Source: a bacterium
Lineage (GTDB): Bacteria > Electryoneota > Electryoneia > Electryoneales > Electryoneaceae
Direction of reading: 5' to 3'
Assembly (NCBI GenBank): GCA_963675295.2
Contig: CAXXKJ010000002.1
Coordinates: 1,888,001-1,952,000 of the forward strand
DNA: 64,000 bases
The notes beneath the pieces were generated by a model. It did no database searches and was not told the origin of the DNA. It was given only the letters and a program-made list of their open reading frames with translations. The translations under genes and the position numbers were made by a program. Of this stretch, positions 1-10,869 are shown piece after piece. Position 1 is the stretch's first letter. Each line of letters begins with the position of its first letter.

Positions 1-2
1 GG

Positions 3-1319
3 CCGGGCGGCAACCTGAGGATTGAGTTCTCTTCCGACGAACAGCGCGCCCGTTTGAAAGTCATCGGGGTCGGCGGGGCCGGCTCGAACGCTGTTGACAA
101 CATGATTTCCAGCCAGCTGCACGGCGTGGACTTCATCTCGGTCAACACGGACGCGCAGGCACTGCTGGACGAGCGTTGCCTCGCCCCGACCAAGGTCCAG
201 ATCGGCCGTGAATGCACGCGCGGTCTCGGTGCCGGTGGAAACCCGGAAGTCGGCCGTGAAGCTGCGGAAGAGGACATGGAACGGCTGCGTACGCTGTTCG
301 ACGGCGCGGACATGGTGTTTGTCGCCGGTGGCATGGGTGGCGGGACAGCGTCCGGCGCGGCGCCGGTGATCGCACAGCTTGCGCGTGACCGTGGCATCCT
401 GACCATCGGCATCGTGACCAAGCCGTTCACCTTCGAGGGCCGCCGCCGCATGCAGCGCGCGGAAGCCGCCATCGAGGAGATGAAGGAAGCGGTCGATACG
501 CTGATCGTCATCCCCAACGACAAGGTCTTCGACCTGTTCAAGGATGATCTGCCGTACCACGAAGCGTTCAAGCAGGTGGATCAGGTGCTCTACCAGGGCA
601 CCAAGGGCATCAGCGATATCATCAATACGCGCGGCTTCATCAACGTTGACTTCGCGGACGCGAAGAGCGTCATGAGCAACGCCGGCGACGCGATCATGGG
701 CATCGGCTTCGCGGACGGCGAGAACCGTGCCGCTGCGGCCGCCGCGGCCGCGATCGACAGTCCGCTGCTGGATAACCTGCGCATCGACGGCGCGCGCGGC
801 ATCCTGATCAACATCACCGGCGGCAAAAATGTCGGCATGAAGGAAGTGCAGCAGGCGGTGCAGGTGGTGACCGAATCGGCCCAGGAAGACGCGGACATCT
901 ACTTCGGTCTCGTCGAGGATGATTCGCTGGGCGACAAGATCAGCGTCACCGTGATCGCGACCGGCTTTAACAACGATCAGCGTCAGCTGCCGAAGATGCA
1001 CAAGGCGCGCGACGTCGAACCGACCGTGCAGTTCCGCACCACCGGCCGCCACCCGCGCCCTCTGAAGCCGATGGAAGAGCATGACGGTCACGCCAACGGC
1101 AAAAACGGTGTCAACGGAAAGAATGGTACCAACGGCACGAACGGTACCAACGGCAAGAACGGGATCAACGGTCACGACGAGAAGAACGGCAAGCAAGTAC
1201 CGCGAGAATTCGTGCGTGTCGATGCCGAACCGGCGTTCGTCGATGAGACCAGCATCGATCGCAACGACATCGAGGTACCGGCGTTCCTGCGTCGCGGACC
1301 GCGTGGTGGGAAGCGGTGA
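3..1319 (+). CDS. ftsZ: Cell division protein FtsZ (5'-truncated by window edge)
   Basis: KVIGVGGAGSNAV, GLGAGGNPEVG, GGMGGGTASGAAP, NVDFAD T7 loop and C-terminal IEVPAFLRR peptide. The frame is open back to position 3 (PGGNLRIEFSSDEQRARLKVIG), so the true start lies upstream. Confidence 0.98.
   Translation, partial: PGGNLRIEFSSDEQRARLKVIGVGGAGSNAVDNMISSQLHGVDFISVNTDAQALLDERCLAPTKVQIGRECTRGLGAGGNPEVGREAAEEDMERLRTLFDGADMVFVAGGMGGGTASGAAPVIAQLARDRGILTIGIVTKPFTFEGRRRMQRAEAAIEEMKEAVDTLIVIPNDKVFDLFKDDLPYHEAFKQVDQVLYQGTKGISDIINTRGFINVDFADAKSVMSNAGDAIMGIGFADGENRAAAAAAAAIDSPLLDNLRIDGARGILINITGGKNVGMKEVQQAVQVVTESAQEDADIYFGLVEDDSLGDKISVTVIATGFNNDQRQLPKMHKARDVEPTVQFRTTGRHPRPLKPMEEHDGHANGKNGVNGKNGTNGTNGTNGKNGINGHDEKNGKQVPREFVRVDAEPAFVDETSIDRNDIEVPAFLRRGPRGGKR
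1095..1193 (+). repeat. (Asn-Gly-X)n coding tandem repeat in FtsZ C-terminal linker
   Basis: NGKNGVNGKNGTNGTNGTNGKNGINGHDEKNGK; 9-nt periodic AAYGGN-NNN units. Confidence 0.9.
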
Positions 1320-1374
1320 GGGTCGTTCCGTAAATCCGAGAAATCCTCGTTTCCGACATATTGTCGAATCTCAG

Positions 1375-1404
1375 AAAAACACCATCCGAAAGGGTGGTGT
1401 TTTT
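1375..1404 (+). terminator. Intrinsic terminator after ftsZ
   Basis: aaaaacaccatcc-gaaa-gggtggtgttttt hairpin with T tract. Confidence 0.8.
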
Positions 1405-1866
1405 ACTCTATTTGGGAGAATGATGCAGAGATTCGAGAATGCGAAATCAAAATGGGAGGAGAACCTGAGTCCTCCGAGAGGCACGGATGTTACAAGGTGA
1501 AAGTGGATGTATCATTGGTAGTAATACCGAAAAATGTAAAAATAGCTAATCATTATGTTTTATCTGATTGGTGATGGGCGCTAATATGGAGAACCGCTGG
1601 ACAAGTTAAGATTGGACTAGTAATCAAACGCAGTATCACTATTCCGGATTTTTATCTCCAAAATATTGCTTTTTTGGTAACAGAATTTACAGCTCTCGGG
1701 TTGCGCGACTCAGTTTCGCGGATTTACCATATCTCTCGAACCAAGGGTTGAGAGTCCCGAATTGTCCGGTATACCCCCGAGAAGACCGGTCATCTTCGCA
1801 TCGGACGGCTTGAGACTGTTGATCCAGCTGAAGTTAACGTGACCGTGGTCACCAGGGGAGGGAAAC

Positions 1867-3018
1867 GTGAAGAACTTGACAATTGTTTTGTTTCTGTTGT
1901 TGAGCTTGTCACTGGTCGGTTCCGCTATTGCGGGTGAAGTTGAATTCAAGCCCTACGGTTTTGTTCGTGGTGAGGGGTATTACGACACGGAATCAGTTGC
2001 TGCCGGCGACTGGTTGCTGTTTTCTGCTGATGACCAGACCCCGGGTCGTGATGTTGGCCAGCTGAGCTTCAGTGCACGTCACAGCCGTATCGGTGTCAAG
2101 ATTTCCGGCATTGAGTATGTGGACGGGGTGAACGTCTTCGGCAAGCTCGAAACGGACTTTGCCGGTGGTTTCCCCAACAGCACCACGCAGGCCCGCCAAC
2201 CGTTGCTTCGTCTTCGTCTCGCCTACGTCGCCATCACGACGGACAAGTTGGAATACCGCATCGGTCAGGACTGGACGATCATCAGCGCTCCGTTCCCGAA
2301 CACGGCGATGTTCGTCGTTGGTGCGGGCCTGGGCAATTTGTGGATGCGGATGCCGCAGATGAGCCTCGCGTACAAGATGGGCGATGTGAAGCTGACAGGT
2401 TCGGTCAACCGTGCGATTTCAGCGACGGACAAGTACGATGCGTTCACCAGTTCGGACCTCGATGTCAACGGATCGGGTGAAAAGACCGGCCTGCCGTACA
2501 TCATGGGCCGTCTCGACTGGAACAAGCAGGCGGTCGGTATTTCGGTGATGGGTCATACCGGTTGGGAAGACATTCCGGACGGAAACGGCAAGATTCACCG
2601 GATGAACAGTTGGTCGGGTATTGTTGCAGTGCGGCTGGAATCGGGCAAGGTTCGGCTGCGGGGCGAATACTTCCAGGGCGAAAACCTGAACGCTTTCTTC
2701 GGTGGCATCATCCAGGGCCAGGCGGTGATGCCGAACAAGGTGGAGAACATTGCAGCCATGGGCGGCTGGGTGGATCTGACCTACAAGCTTACAGAGAAGT
2801 GGTCAGTTGTAGCGGGGGCGGGCATGGACGATCCGGACGATGAGTTCCTCGGGCCGGCGAACCGTGATCTGAATGAGTGGATCTGGGGGAACTTCCAGTA
2901 CAAGCCGGTGAAGAATCTCACCATGATTCTGGAAACAAACTACGTGCGCACGACCTACGTCAATGAAGGTGCGGGCGACAACGTGCGTATTGCCTTCGTT
3001 ACAGTGATGACGTTCTGA
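1867..3018 (+). CDS. Outer-membrane beta-barrel porin, DcaP-like
   Basis: Signal peptide, YGFVR, SARHSRIG, GKLETDF, LRLRLAY, IGQDW motifs, alternating amphipathic strands, C-terminal Phe; GTG start with GGAGGG RBS. Confidence 0.75.
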   Translation: MKNLTIVLFLLLSLSLVGSAIAGEVEFKPYGFVRGEGYYDTESVAAGDWLLFSADDQTPGRDVGQLSFSARHSRIGVKISGIEYVDGVNVFGKLETDFAGGFPNSTTQARQPLLRLRLAYVAITTDKLEYRIGQDWTIISAPFPNTAMFVVGAGLGNLWMRMPQMSLAYKMGDVKLTGSVNRAISATDKYDAFTSSDLDVNGSGEKTGLPYIMGRLDWNKQAVGISVMGHTGWEDIPDGNGKIHRMNSWSGIVAVRLESGKVRLRGEYFQGENLNAFFGGIIQGQAVMPNKVENIAAMGGWVDLTYKLTEKWSVVAGAGMDDPDDEFLGPANRDLNEWIWGNFQYKPVKNLTMILETNYVRTTYVNEGAGDNVRIAFVTVMTF

Positions 3019-3049
3019 GGTTTGGTAGTTCAGAGGAAAGAGGTCACCC

Positions 3050-5623
3050 ATGAAGATGACGATCAAGAACAAACTGCTGTTCATGACGGCCGGGACGGCC
3101 TTCGTATCGGCGTTTACTCTGATCATCCTGTTGCTGATTCAGATGCCGACGCTGAAGAAGACGATCATCAGCGAGTTGGATGTCACCGCGCGTGATAACG
3201 TGGCACAGATCAGTGAAGACGTGTACGCGATGGCGTCCAGCCTGAATCGATCGTTGCAAGCGGAAGGCATTGAGGTTGAAGATCCACTCCAGCTTCCGGG
3301 TTTGCGCGAACGCATTGAAAACATTACGGTTGGTCAAACCGGCTATGTCTTCATTCTCGGCGGATCTGGCGACTGGAAAGGGCACTACGTTGTGTCCAAG
3401 GGCGGCGCTCGAGATGGTGAAAACATCTGGAACGCCAAGGACGCGAACGGTGTCCTGTTCATTCAGGAGATGGTAAACCAGTCGACGGCGAAACGTGGCG
3501 GTGAGATCAGTTTCGTCCGCTATCCCTGGCAGAACAAGGGCGAAGATTTTGCGCGGACAAAGATTTCTGCCGTGACCTATTTCGAGCCGTGGGATTGGGT
3601 GATTGGTTCCGGCACGTACGAAGATGAATTCTACGCCACCGCGGGAACCGTGCAAGCTTCCTTCATGAAGCAGTTGTGGCTGGTGATTGCGATCGGCCTG
3701 GTTATTGTTGTGGCCGGCTCGATTGTTGCCTACCGTTTCGGTTCCACAATCGCCAAACACTTGCGCGAAGCGATGGGCATGGCGAACCGGCTCGCGGATG
3801 GCGAAGTCGCTGACGAAATCCACATCAACACCCAGGATGAACTCGGCGAACTCGCCAACGCCTTCAACAAGATGACGGGCAATTTCAAAGCCCGCGGTGA
3901 GTTCATCGATGATCTTGCAGAAGGCCGGTTAAACACCGATCTGCCGCTTGCCAGTGAGCGTGACGCGATGGGAAAGGGGTTGCTGCTTGTCCGTGACGCA
4001 ATCAAGCAGGTGATCGAGGAGATCAACGGTCTGGCTGCCGCGGCAATCGAGGGCCGGTTGAATGATCGCGCCAACGCGGACGCGTATTCCGGTGACTACC
4101 AGAACCTGATCAACAATCTGAACAAGCTCGTCGGGACGTTGGTCGGACACATCGATACCCTGCCGATCCCGTTGACGGTGGTCGATCCGGAACTCAACGT
4201 CAAGTACATGAATGCCGCGGGTGCGAAGGTTTCAAATTCTGAGCCGGCGTCTCTGGTCGGCAAGAACTTCTACGATCTGACTCGGATGGACGATCACGGC
4301 ACGCAGGAAAGTGCTTTTGTCCGCACGAAGCAGAACAGAAAGATTGAAACCAGCCTGACGAAGGCTCACACGGCGGTCGGAGACCTGGATCTGCAGTACA
4401 CCAGCAAGCCGATTCTGGATGAAACCGGGACCCTGCTCGGGATGCTCGCTGTGGCGTTGGATCAGACCGAGATCCTGCACGCGCAGCACATGGCCGAACG
4501 GGTCAACGACTTCCAGAAAAACGAGATCGCCAAGCTTCGTGACGTGTTCTACGCCATGGCCGGTGGCGACCTGACGGTTGGATATTCCGTCGAAAGTGCC
4601 TCCCAGGAAGAGATGAAAGAGGTCCGGGAAGCGTTCGAGGAAATCGCTTCGGTGCTGAACCAAACCTTGAGTTCGCTGAACGAAATCCTCGGCCAGGTAC
4701 AGACCTCGACCGACGAAGTCCGCAGCGGTGCAGAGCAGGTGTCGTCCGCCAGCCAGTCGTTGTCGCAGGGCGCGACCGAGCAGGCGAGTTCGCTGGAAGA
4801 GATTTCCGCGACCCTGACTGAGATCACCGGCCAGACGCAGAACAACTCGGACAACGCTCTCGAAGCGGCACAGCTGGCCAAGACCGCCAGCAACAGCGCA
4901 AACGGCGGCAACCAGCGCATGGACCAGATGCTGAATTCGATGAAGCAGATCGAATCTCAGTCGCTGGAAGTGCAGAAGATCATCAAGGTGATCGACGAGA
5001 TCGCGTTCCAGACCAACCTGCTGGCGTTGAACGCGGCGGTTGAAGCGGCACGTGCCGGTGTCCATGGCAAGGGCTTCGCGGTCGTTGCGGAAGAGGTGAG
5101 AAACCTCGCGCAACGGTCCGCTCGGGCAGCCAGCGAGACGACGGAACTGATCGGGAACAGTGTCACCTCGGTCAAGGAAGGGTCCGGCATCGCGGACGAG
5201 ACGGCGGAATCGTTCAAGGAAATCCTCGAACAGATTGACAAGGTGACCAATCTGGTCTCCGAGATCAGCGACGCGTCCCGTGAACAGGCTACCGGCATCA
5301 ACGAAGTCAACGATGCCCTCGGCCAGGTGGACGTTGTCACGCAGGGCAACACGGCCAACGCCGAGCAGAGTGCGGCGGCGGCCGAAGAGTTGTCCGGCCA
5401 GGCGGAACAGCTGCGGCAGATGATGAGCCGTTTCAAGCTGACGACCACCTCGCTGCGTCAGTCGGCTCGGTATGACAGCCACTCAGGTCAGGACTTCGAC
5501 GATTCCTATCCTGACGAGGATCTGGCCCATTCAAACGGATCCAAATCAGACGATTATGAAGCGGTCCATGAGGATCCGTCCGACATGATCAAGTTGGATG
5601 ATGACGACTTCGGCAGCTTCTGA
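3050..5623 (+). CDS. Methyl-accepting chemotaxis protein (TM-Cache-TM-HAMP-PAS-like-MCP signal)
   Basis: Cache_2-like YPWQNKGE...[56 protein letters not shown] hairpin, C-terminal DDDDFGSF. Confidence 0.95.
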   Translation: MKMTIKNKLLFMTAGTAFVSAFTLIILLLIQMPTLKKTIISELDVTARDNVAQISEDVYAMASSLNRSLQAEGIEVEDPLQLPGLRERIENITVGQTGYVFILGGSGDWKGHYVVSKGGARDGENIWNAKDANGVLFIQEMVNQSTAKRGGEISFVRYPWQNKGEDFARTKISAVTYFEPWDWVIGSGTYEDEFYATAGTVQASFMKQLWLVIAIGLVIVVAGSIVAYRFGSTIAKHLREAMGMANRLADGEVADEIHINTQDELGELANAFNKMTGNFKARGEFIDDLAEGRLNTDLPLASERDAMGKGLLLVRDAIKQVIEEINGLAAAAIEGRLNDRANADAYSGDYQNLINNLNKLVGTLVGHIDTLPIPLTVVDPELNVKYMNAAGAKVSNSEPASLVGKNFYDLTRMDDHGTQESAFVRTKQNRKIETSLTKAHTAVGDLDLQYTSKPILDETGTLLGMLAVALDQTEILHAQHMAERVNDFQKNEIAKLRDVFYAMAGGDLTVGYSVESASQEEMKEVREAFEEIASVLNQTLSSLNEILGQVQTSTDEVRSGAEQVSSASQSLSQGATEQASSLEEISATLTEITGQTQNNSDNALEAAQLAKTASNSANGGNQRMDQMLNSMKQIESQSLEVQKIIKVIDEIAFQTNLLALNAAVEAARAGVHGKGFAVVAEEVRNLAQRSARAASETTELIGNSVTSVKEGSGIADETAESFKEILEQIDKVTNLVSEISDASREQATGINEVNDALGQVDVVTQGNTANAEQSAAAAEELSGQAEQLRQMMSRFKLTTTSLRQSARYDSHSGQDFDDSYPDEDLAHSNGSKSDDYEAVHEDPSDMIKLDDDDFGSF

Positions 5624-5645
5624 TCGAGTACTCTTCGCATCAAGC

Positions 5646-5679
5646 ACGGGACCGTCCGTTTTGGATGGTCCCGTTTTTT
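5646..5679 (+). terminator. Intrinsic terminator after first MCP
   Basis: acgggaccgtcc...ggatggtcccgt followed by T tract. Confidence 0.8.
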
Positions 5680-6381
5680 CATCCCTCGAATCAATGTCCT
5701 CGCATGCCATTCGTTCCAATTGTCGGTCGAAAATCGACCTGGCCAGACAACCCGTTCGTGCAGTCTTGAGCTTCAGGTTCAGCTGGGATGAAAATCGCGG
5801 GAGAGCCGGGAGAGACAACAGCCCGACCGGCTGGTCGCGTCCAAACTCCCACGATTTGGAATAGTATTGGTGAAATTGGCTAGTACTCTTGACAAATCGT
5901 AAAAGTGCAAGTGTCAGGTCAGGCATTGCTCAATAACTGTACATAAGGGCATCAGCGGATGAAATTACAAGTATGATCCAGAGTATAAGAATTACGTGTC
6001 GAGAACGACGTAAAATAACAATTTCTGTAATATTGAAATGTTGTATTTCGTGATCACGCAGAGTAATATTGACCAATCCAGCGATAAAAATGAATAGTTT
6101 GCGGTAGTGCATCAGTCGCTAAATCATTATTATAAGAATATCGGTTTTGCCCGAGCATATCAGACGTCTTGGTTCTGTGGCAAGCGCCGGAGTGTTCCCG
6201 TGGAATCTGGCAGGAACAGAAACCAGGGGAGAGGGAAGGCCTGCGGCGGCAGTGGGTGGATCATGGTTGACGTGAACAACGATGGAGGGTCAAGGGGTAC
6301 AGGCAGGTTGGATTAAGCAATACGATGAAGTGAAAAAGTGGGCATCTAGCACGTGGTTGGTTACAAGGGGAAAGGTACAGT

Positions 6382-8529
6382 ATGTCGACGAGCAACAGAA
6401 CGCACTGGATGATGGTAGGGTCGGCAGGATTGGTTGTACTCATCACGCTGGTGGTTGCGTTCATCGCGATACCGTCAGCACAAAAGGGGGTGACGGCAGA
6501 AGCGACTGCAAGTCTGGATGTTACGGCGGGTGAAATTGAATCCGTCATGGCATCGGGCTGGTCGTCGCTGCAGATGACGGTGTTGGCTGCTGGACTTCTG
6601 GCAGCGATTGTGTTTGCAGCGATAGGGATTGTGACTGGACGCAGGCAGCAGGCGGCTTTTGACGAGTTCGCACAGATACTTGGAGCCTCTCTGAAGGGCG
6701 ATGAGCTGTCATCGTCCCAGCTGGCTCAGCTTAGCGGTTTCGGTCAGATCGGGGATGCGTTGCGGCAGAACAGCGCTCGGTTCAGCGCGATTCATGAATT
6801 CACCACAGCACTGGAGCAGGGCAACTTTCAGTACGAACCCGGTGAAACTCTGAATCTTCCGATCGTACAGTCGCTGAACCGGACCCGGGAATCGTTGTTA
6901 TCGGTGCTGAAGACTGTGCAGCAGCTGGCCGAGGACACAGTGACCGGAAAGCTGAATGCACGTGGCGACGTGGATCAGTTTGCCGGTACGTACCGCGAGC
7001 TGGTGGAGAGTGTTAACAAGGTCGCGGATGTGTTGATCAATCACATCGACGGCATCCCGGTCGCGATCATGACGGTGGACAGAGAGTTCAACGTCATGTA
7101 CATGAACGAGATGGGTGCCAGTCTGGCGGACAAGCAGCCCGCCCAGATCGTCGGTATGAAGTGCTACAACCACTACAAGACTGGCGACTGCAACACCGAA
7201 CAGTGTGCGGTCCATCGTGCGATGAAGAACAATCGGGCGGAGTCGTCGGAAACGGTCGCATGCCCGATGAGCACGGACTACGAGATCGCTTACACGGGCA
7301 AGCCGATTACCAACGAAGCGGGTGAGGTTGTAGGATCGTTCGAGTACGTCGTTGACCAGACAGCGGTAAAGACGGCGATGCGTCGTGTGGAGAAGGTCAA
7401 CGCGTACCAGGAAACAGAGATTGACAAGATCCAGTCCACGTTGAATAATATGGCGGACGGTGATCTGACGGCCAAGTACGAAGCCAAGCGGTCCAATGAC
7501 AAGGATCTCGCCGAGGTCACGACATCCTTTGGAAACATTTCCGGTGCGTTGAACCGGACCCTGGATTCACTGAATGATTTGTTGGGGCGGGTGAAGACGT
7601 CGATTGACGAAGTCAGTTCCGGTTCGGAGCAGGTATCCGCGGCGAGCCAGTCGTTGTCGCAGGGCGCGACTGAACAGGCCAGTTCGCTGGAAGAGATTTC
7701 CGCGACGTTGACCGAGATCGCCAGCCAGACGACCAGCAATTCCGAGAATGCGCAGCAGGCCAGCAGTCTGGCGAAGACAGCAAGCAACAGCGCCAACGGT
7801 GGCAATCAGCGCATGGACCAGATGCTGAATTCGATGAAGCAGATCGAAACGCAGTCGCTGGAAGTGCAGAAGATCATCAAGGTGATCGACGAGATCGCGT
7901 TCCAGACCAACTTGCTGGCGTTGAATGCGGCGGTTGAGGCGGCACGTGCCGGTGTGCATGGCAAGGGCTTTGCGGTGGTGGCGGAAGAGGTGCGGAACCT
8001 CGCGCAACGGTCAGCCCGGGCAGCCAGCGAAACGACGGAGCTGATCGAAAGCAGCGTCACATCGGTGAAGCAGGGCTCCGGCCTGATGGACGAGACCGCG
8101 GTATCGTTCAAGGAAATCGTCGATCAGATCGAGAAGGTCACCAGCCTGGTGGTCGAAATCAGCGATGCATCCCGTGAGCAGTCAACCGGCATCAACGAGC
8201 TCACTGACGCCCTCGGCCAGGTGGACGTTGTCACGCAGGGCAACACGGCCAACGCCGAGCAGAGTGCGGCGGCGGCCGAAGAATTGTCCGGCCAGGCGGA
8301 ACAGCTGCGCCAGATGATGAGCCGGTTTACATTGACGCATGGCAACTACTCATCGCAGGGTCTCAGCCGATCGGCAGTGAGTCATCGTCAGCCGTCCCGG
8401 TCATCGGCGCCGGCCGGGTCCAACGGGCATCGTAACGGGAACGGGTCAGGCACGGCAATGCATCGTGAGGCCGTGCAGGACGATTCCGTTCTGATCAATC
8501 TTGACGACGACGACTTCGGCAGCTTCTAG
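6382..8529 (+). CDS. Methyl-accepting chemotaxis protein (2 TM, short periplasmic loop, Cys-containing PAS domain)
   Basis: MCP signalling hairpin nearly identical to 3050-5623; PAS-like segment with [16 protein letters not shown]; C-terminal DDDDFGSF. Confidence 0.95.
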   Translation: MSTSNRTHWMMVGSAGLVVLITLVVAFIAIPSAQKGVTAEATASLDVTAGEIESVMASGWSSLQMTVLAAGLLAAIVFAAIGIVTGRRQQAAFDEFAQILGASLKGDELSSSQLAQLSGFGQIGDALRQNSARFSAIHEFTTALEQGNFQYEPGETLNLPIVQSLNRTRESLLSVLKTVQQLAEDTVTGKLNARGDVDQFAGTYRELVESVNKVADVLINHIDGIPVAIMTVDREFNVMYMNEMGASLADKQPAQIVGMKCYNHYKTGDCNTEQCAVHRAMKNNRAESSETVACPMSTDYEIAYTGKPITNEAGEVVGSFEYVVDQTAVKTAMRRVEKVNAYQETEIDKIQSTLNNMADGDLTAKYEAKRSNDKDLAEVTTSFGNISGALNRTLDSLNDLLGRVKTSIDEVSSGSEQVSAASQSLSQGATEQASSLEEISATLTEIASQTTSNSENAQQASSLAKTASNSANGGNQRMDQMLNSMKQIETQSLEVQKIIKVIDEIAFQTNLLALNAAVEAARAGVHGKGFAVVAEEVRNLAQRSARAASETTELIESSVTSVKQGSGLMDETAVSFKEIVDQIEKVTSLVVEISDASREQSTGINELTDALGQVDVVTQGNTANAEQSAAAAEELSGQAEQLRQMMSRFTLTHGNYSSQGLSRSAVSHRQPSRSSAPAGSNGHRNGNGSGTAMHREAVQDDSVLINLDDDDFGSF

Positions 8530-8552
8530 CCAGAAGGCTCTGAAGGATACTC

Positions 8553-8582
8553 AAGGGACTGTTCTTCGGGACAGTCCCTTTT
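8553..8582. terminator. Probable bidirectional terminator between convergent MCP and SLC13 genes
   Basis: aagggactgt-tcttcggg-acagtcccttt stem-loop. Confidence 0.75.
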
Positions 8583-8603
8583 ACGTCTGATGAAACGGTT
8601 GGG

Positions 8604-10130
8604 CTACTCGGACGGTGCGGTCAGCTGCGGGTTGTCGCGGCTCCACTCCGGGGTGTGCTGAATATCACCAAACTCGGCGGTCCCGGCGAGCAGCAGCCAG
8701 ATAGTGACTAACACGACGCCGACGAGATTCAGCAGCAGGCCGGTTTTCGCCATGTCGGCGACACGCAGCCGTCCGCTGCCGAACACGATCGCATTCGGCG
8801 GGGTGGCGACCGGCATCATGAAGGCGCAGGACGCGCTCAGTGTAGCGGGAATCATCAGCAGGAACGGGTTACGCCCAATCGTGACCGCGACGGCTGCAAG
8901 GACAGGCAGCACCAGCTGCGTGGTCGCGGTGTTGGAGGTGAGCTCGGTGGTGAACGTCATCAGCGTGCAGATCGATCCGACCATCACCGGTGGCGACAAT
9001 GATCCGAGACCGGCGAGCTGATCGCCGATCCACATCGCCAGCCCGCTTTCGTTGATCGCGGCGGCTAGGGCAAATCCGCCACCGAAGAGCAACACGATCC
9101 CCCACGGCAGTTTCCGTGCCGTTGGCCAGTCAAGGATCGCTTGGCCTTTGGTGGACGATGGCAACAGGAAAAGCAGGATCGAAAGCGCAATTGCGGGGAG
9201 ACCGTCCCCGGCGTACGACGGATCGGGCAGCAGCTCCGACCAGCCCGGAACGGTGAGGAAGCCAAATTCCAACGGTTTGCGTGTGATCCAAAGCGCGGCT
9301 AGAATGAGGAACACGGTCAGTACCGACCGTTCCTCACGGCTCATCGGTCCCAGTTCGTTCAGTTCCGCCTTGTATTGAGCACGCAGGGCGGGCGCATGGA
9401 TTCCGTGTGTGTACAGCACAACCAGCAGTCCCCACGCAAGCAGCAGGAAAACCAGTGACAAGGGTGTCGCGAACAGCATCCACTGACCGAAGCTGATTTC
9501 AGGGCCGGAGGGAAAGGACTGTTGAAACAATCGGGTGAACGCGAGATTCGGCGGTGTTCCGACCAATGTCGCCATGCCGCCAATTGACGCAGCATAGGCG
9601 ATACCCAGCAGCAGACCGATGGACATGCGGCGGGCGTTCCGGGTGTCGAGCAGGTTGTCGTAGCGGCTGAGTACCGCGCCGGCAATCGGGACCATCATCA
9701 TCGCGGTGGCGGTGTTGCTGATCCACATGGAGAGCAGGGCAGTCGCCAGCATGAAGCCGAGCAGCGTACGCGCGGGTCCGCCGCCGATGCCGCGCAGGAT
9801 AACCAGGGCAATGCGTTTGTGCAGATTCCAGCGTTCCATCGCCAGCGCGACCATGAAGCCGCCGATGAACAGGAAGATGACGTCGTTGGTGTACTGCCCG
9901 GCGACGTGTTTCGAAGAAATCACACCGAAAGCGGGGAAGAGGACCAGCGGAAGCAGCGAGGTGATTGCCAGCGGCACGGCTTCGGTCAGCCACCAGACCG
10001 CCATCCAGACCGCGACGGCGGCGGTGCGTGCTAGCAGTGGGTTGTCCGTTTCCGGAAACAGCCACCACGCGAGCAGCGCCAGCACAGGTCCGGCAATCAG
10101 GGTGATTGGCTTCCACGAAAAGTCGCGCAT
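8604..10130 (-). CDS. SLC13/DASS family sodium:dicarboxylate (or sulfate) symporter
   Basis: LSMWISNTAT, GTPPN, TELTSNTAT, MPVATPPNAI motifs; many TM helices; ATG 10130 has GGAGGA RBS. Confidence 0.93.
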   Translation of the reverse strand: MRDFSWKPITLIAGPVLALLAWWLFPETDNPLLARTAAVAVWMAVWWLTEAVPLAITSLLPLVLFPAFGVISSKHVAGQYTNDVIFLFIGGFMVALAMERWNLHKRIALVILRGIGGGPARTLLGFMLATALLSMWISNTATAMMMVPIAGAVLSRYDNLLDTRNARRMSIGLLLGIAYAASIGGMATLVGTPPNLAFTRLFQQSFPSGPEISFGQWMLFATPLSLVFLLLAWGLLVVLYTHGIHAPALRAQYKAELNELGPMSREERSVLTVFLILAALWITRKPLEFGFLTVPGWSELLPDPSYAGDGLPAIALSILLFLLPSSTKGQAILDWPTARKLPWGIVLLFGGGFALAAAINESGLAMWIGDQLAGLGSLSPPVMVGSICTLMTFTTELTSNTATTQLVLPVLAAVAVTIGRNPFLLMIPATLSASCAFMMPVATPPNAIVFGSGRLRVADMAKTGLLLNLVGVVLVTIWLLLAGTAEFGDIQHTPEWSRDNPQLTAPSE

Positions 10131-10304
10131 GGATCCTCCGTGAACGTACAGGATACGGCGGCGAAACGAACCGGGCAAGGTTGTCCGCTCCTCAAGGATG
10201 ATTCTTCGGCGTCAAGTTGGTTCCGTTCGCCCGTTGCGTGGAGCAAATCGGGATCGCACCTTCCTGATTCGCTGATCAAGGATGGTCAACCGGGGATTCT
10301 TGCA

Positions 10305-10826
10305 ATGGAATGGCATCTGTATCTGTTGCGGCATGGGATCGCCGCGGACTACGCGGAAGACGGCAGCTACAACGATTCGATGCGTCCCTTGACCGACAAG
10401 GGCCGGCATCGGACACGGCTGGTCGTGCGCGCGCTGGAGAAGATGGACGGTAAGGTCGACCGAATCTTCAGCAGTCCGTACCTGCGTGCGAAGCAGACGG
10501 CGGAGATTGCGGCGGATGTGCTGGGTGTATCGGCGGTTGAAGAATCGCACTCGCTGTATCCGGGCAGTTCTCCCCATGAATTGGAAACATTGCTTCGCGA
10601 TATTCGTCAACCGGGCGAAAATGTGATGCTCGTCGGGCACCAGCCGCACATGAGCATGGCGCTGGCGTGGGCAATTTCCGGGCAGAATGGTGCGATGATG
10701 GACATGAAAAAGGCCGGGCTGGCGAATGTGCGCTTCGGCGGCAACACATTTCGCGGTCCGGGCATGCTCGAGTGGCTGCTGACTCCGAAGTGGGTGTCCT
10801 TCATCTTCCCCGGTGAAGAGTGGTAA
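10305..10826 (+). CDS. sixA: Phosphohistidine phosphatase SixA
   Basis: LYLLRHG, RPLTDKG, SSPYLRAKQTA, LVGHQP; directly upstream of ppk1. Confidence 0.88.
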   Translation: MEWHLYLLRHGIAADYAEDGSYNDSMRPLTDKGRHRTRLVVRALEKMDGKVDRIFSSPYLRAKQTAEIAADVLGVSAVEESHSLYPGSSPHELETLLRDIRQPGENVMLVGHQPHMSMALAWAISGQNGAMMDMKKAGLANVRFGGNTFRGPGMLEWLLTPKWVSFIFPGEEW

Positions 10827-10869
10827 CTTACCTGATTATCATGATCCGCACTTGAGCAAGGATTTCTGA

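Noticed and set aside
1095-1193. Collagen-like domain in FtsZ
   Set aside because: Gly every third residue but only about 9 triplets, no Pro, inside a disordered cytoplasmic linker.
5870-6381. Sigma28 promoter or c-di-GMP riboswitch upstream of MCP2; small ORFs here
   Set aside because: Only partial matches (e.g. GCGATAA) without convincing spacing; no riboswitch consensus recognised; ORFs are short and featureless.
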